64,000 nt of DNA from Ruminococcus sp. (lineage in GTDB: Bacteria; Bacillota; Clostridia; Oscillospirales; Ruminococcaceae): assembly GCA_015066935.1 (NCBI GenBank), contig SVNK01000010.1, forward strand, positions 2,159-66,158, written 5' to 3'. Both the position numbers and the translations under genes were made by a program. The notes beneath the pieces are model-generated. The model was not told the origin of the DNA and made no database searches. It saw nothing but the letters and a program-made list of their open reading frames with translations. Positions 62,957 to 64,000 of the stretch are shown in pieces (the first letter of the stretch is position 1; each line of letters begins with the position of its first letter).

Positions 62957-63729
62957 TTATTATCACCTCCAAGTCCTAAGTTCACAACAGTAAAGGGTAA
63001 TTCATCGGAAAATGAATCATCATCACGACCATTAGCAAATGTAACATCTTCAAGAGCCACTTTACGTGTATCAAGCAAATAGCCTATAATAATATCTTTT
63101 TTCTCACCCGGCTGAAGGTTTATTTTGGTATAAAAATGAAAAGGCAAACTTTCATCCGGCGGCAAAACCTGATCAAAATACTCTTCGGTGGCATAAGCAA
63201 CTCCGCCAAATCTTTCAAGCCAAAAATCATACTCGCCAAAATATTCGGGCTCCCAAAAATGATCTATGGAAACGGCATCAACATTTTCTACTGTCATATA
63301 TGTTTTTATCATTATGAATCCTTTTAAAAATTCTGTTGTTTCAGCATCATAATTAAAACCGTCAGCGATAAGCACTTGCTGTAGTTCATCGTATTTCATT
63401 CCTGCATCGTTCAGACTGTCGTATAGCTCGCATTTATTTATTGTGAGGTAAAGGTGTCCGCTGTGTACAGGCATTACTACACAAAAGCGTTCGCCAAGCT
63501 CGGCTGTTGCGGGGACTTCGGAATATGGAACGTTAGGCAAAAGCAGTGAGTCGCCGCCGTTGTTGTCCGTCGTATCGCTGCCGGATATTGTACCGTTTAC
63601 GTTTTCCTCTATCGGCTGTCCGAGAGTAGCTTCTGATGTTTCTTTTTTTGATATGTCTATATTTCCGACAGAACAGCCTGTTGTCAACAGCATAGCTGCG
63701 GCTGTCAGTATTATAAGTCTGGTTTTCAT
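62953..63729 (-). CDS. Lipoprotein (DUF4352-like), paralog A
   Basis: The lipobox is MKTRLIILTAAAMLLTTGC. The ATGA overlaps the downstream permease start. Confidence 0.7.
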   Translation of the reverse strand: MKTRLIILTAAAMLLTTGCSVGNIDISKKETSEATLGQPIEENVNGTISGSDTTDNNGGDSLLLPNVPYSEVPATAELGERFCVVMPVHSGHLYLTINKCELYDSLNDAGMKYDELQQVLIADGFNYDAETTEFLKGFIMIKTYMTVENVDAVSIDHFWEPEYFGEYDFWLERFGGVAYATEEYFDQVLPPDESLPFHFYTKINLQPGEKKDIIIGYLLDTRKVALEDVTFANGRDDDSFSDELPFTVVNLGLGGDNK

Positions 63730-64000
63730 TTATTATCACCGCCAAGCCCTAAGTTCACAACAGTAAAGGGTAATTCATCGGGAAATGAATCATCATCTTG
63801 ACCATTAGCAAACGTAACATCTTCAAGAGCCACTTTACGTGTATCAAGCAAATACCCTACAATAATATCCTTTTTCTCACCCGGCTGAAGATTAAATTTG
63901 AAAAAATAAGGAGAAGGCGAAGCATGGTCAAAATACTCTCCGGTGGCATAATCAACTCCGCCAAATCTACCAAGGCTAAAATCATACTCGCCGTATATTT
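63726..64000 (-). CDS. Lipoprotein paralog B, C-terminal part (5' end outside window)
   Basis: The reverse frame is open to the window edge and ends ..GQDDDSFPDELPFTVVNLGLGGDNK*. This is almost identical to the C-terminus of paralog A. Its TGA overlaps the ATG of paralog A. Confidence 0.7.
   Translation of the reverse strand, partial: IYGEYDFSLGRFGGVDYATGEYFDHASPSPYFFKFNLQPGEKKDIIVGYLLDTRKVALEDVTFANGQDDDSFPDELPFTVVNLGLGGDNK

Noticed and set aside
57620-64000. An intact prophage or ICE with integrase in the accessory right-hand end.
   Set aside because: No integrase, recombinase, capsid, terminase or conjugation ORF is present within the window. Only remnants (an IS3 OrfB tail, a relaxase-like stub and an ABC-ATPase stub) are seen. 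An integrase, if any, must lie beyond 64000.

Overview
This window is a chromosomal segment from a low-GC Gram-positive anaerobe. It is probably a Ruminococcus-like cellulosomal Clostridium, because three secreted proteins carry dockerin repeats and spoIIR is present.

About 70% of the window is conserved housekeeping sequence:
- infC-rpmI-rplT preceded by an L20-type leader
- dprA-topA-trmFO-plsX-rnc-rSAM-smc-ftsY
- rdgB-yhbY-nadD-yqeK-LCP-rsfS-leuS
- rpsU, yqeG-aroQ-pepP, efp, tmk, ychF, trmB, fba

The accessory content is:
1. A small AT-rich insertion (1775-3255) bounded by 16-bp direct repeats. It carries a nuclease-like DUF5655-type gene and an IS481-like transposase remnant.
2. Two giant modular cellulosomal xylan-degrading enzymes (GH10-CBM22-Doc-GH43-CBM6 and GH30-CBM22-Doc-CE1). 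They share a duplicated CBM22-dockerin cassette.
3. A tightly coupled six-gene operon (50.4-57.6 kb): AGPAT, acyl-AMP ligase, B12-radical SAM, CDP-alcohol transferase, an LRAT-like protein and a LicC::Fe-ADH fusion. I consider this the best candidate for an undescribed system, namely an unusual lipid head-group or phosphonolipid pathway.
4. Decayed mobile DNA (57.7-59.5 kb): an IS3 remnant, a truncated relaxase-like start, an orphan 341-aa gene and a 3' fragment of tRNA-Leu with its terminator.
5. An AT-rich minus-strand operon: an orphan Spo0A-C-like regulator, an ABC-ATPase remnant, an ABC-2 transporter and tandem paralogous lipoproteins. It runs off the window edge.

Other notable points are a four-copy intergenic hairpin/MITE-like repeat family, an FtsY with a C-terminal rather than N-terminal acidic domain plus amphipathic tail, an EAL protein fused to a beta-solenoid-like domain, and an apparent 1-nt frameshift in rpsU.

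All calls come from reading the sequence and ORF translations by eye. No database search was run.
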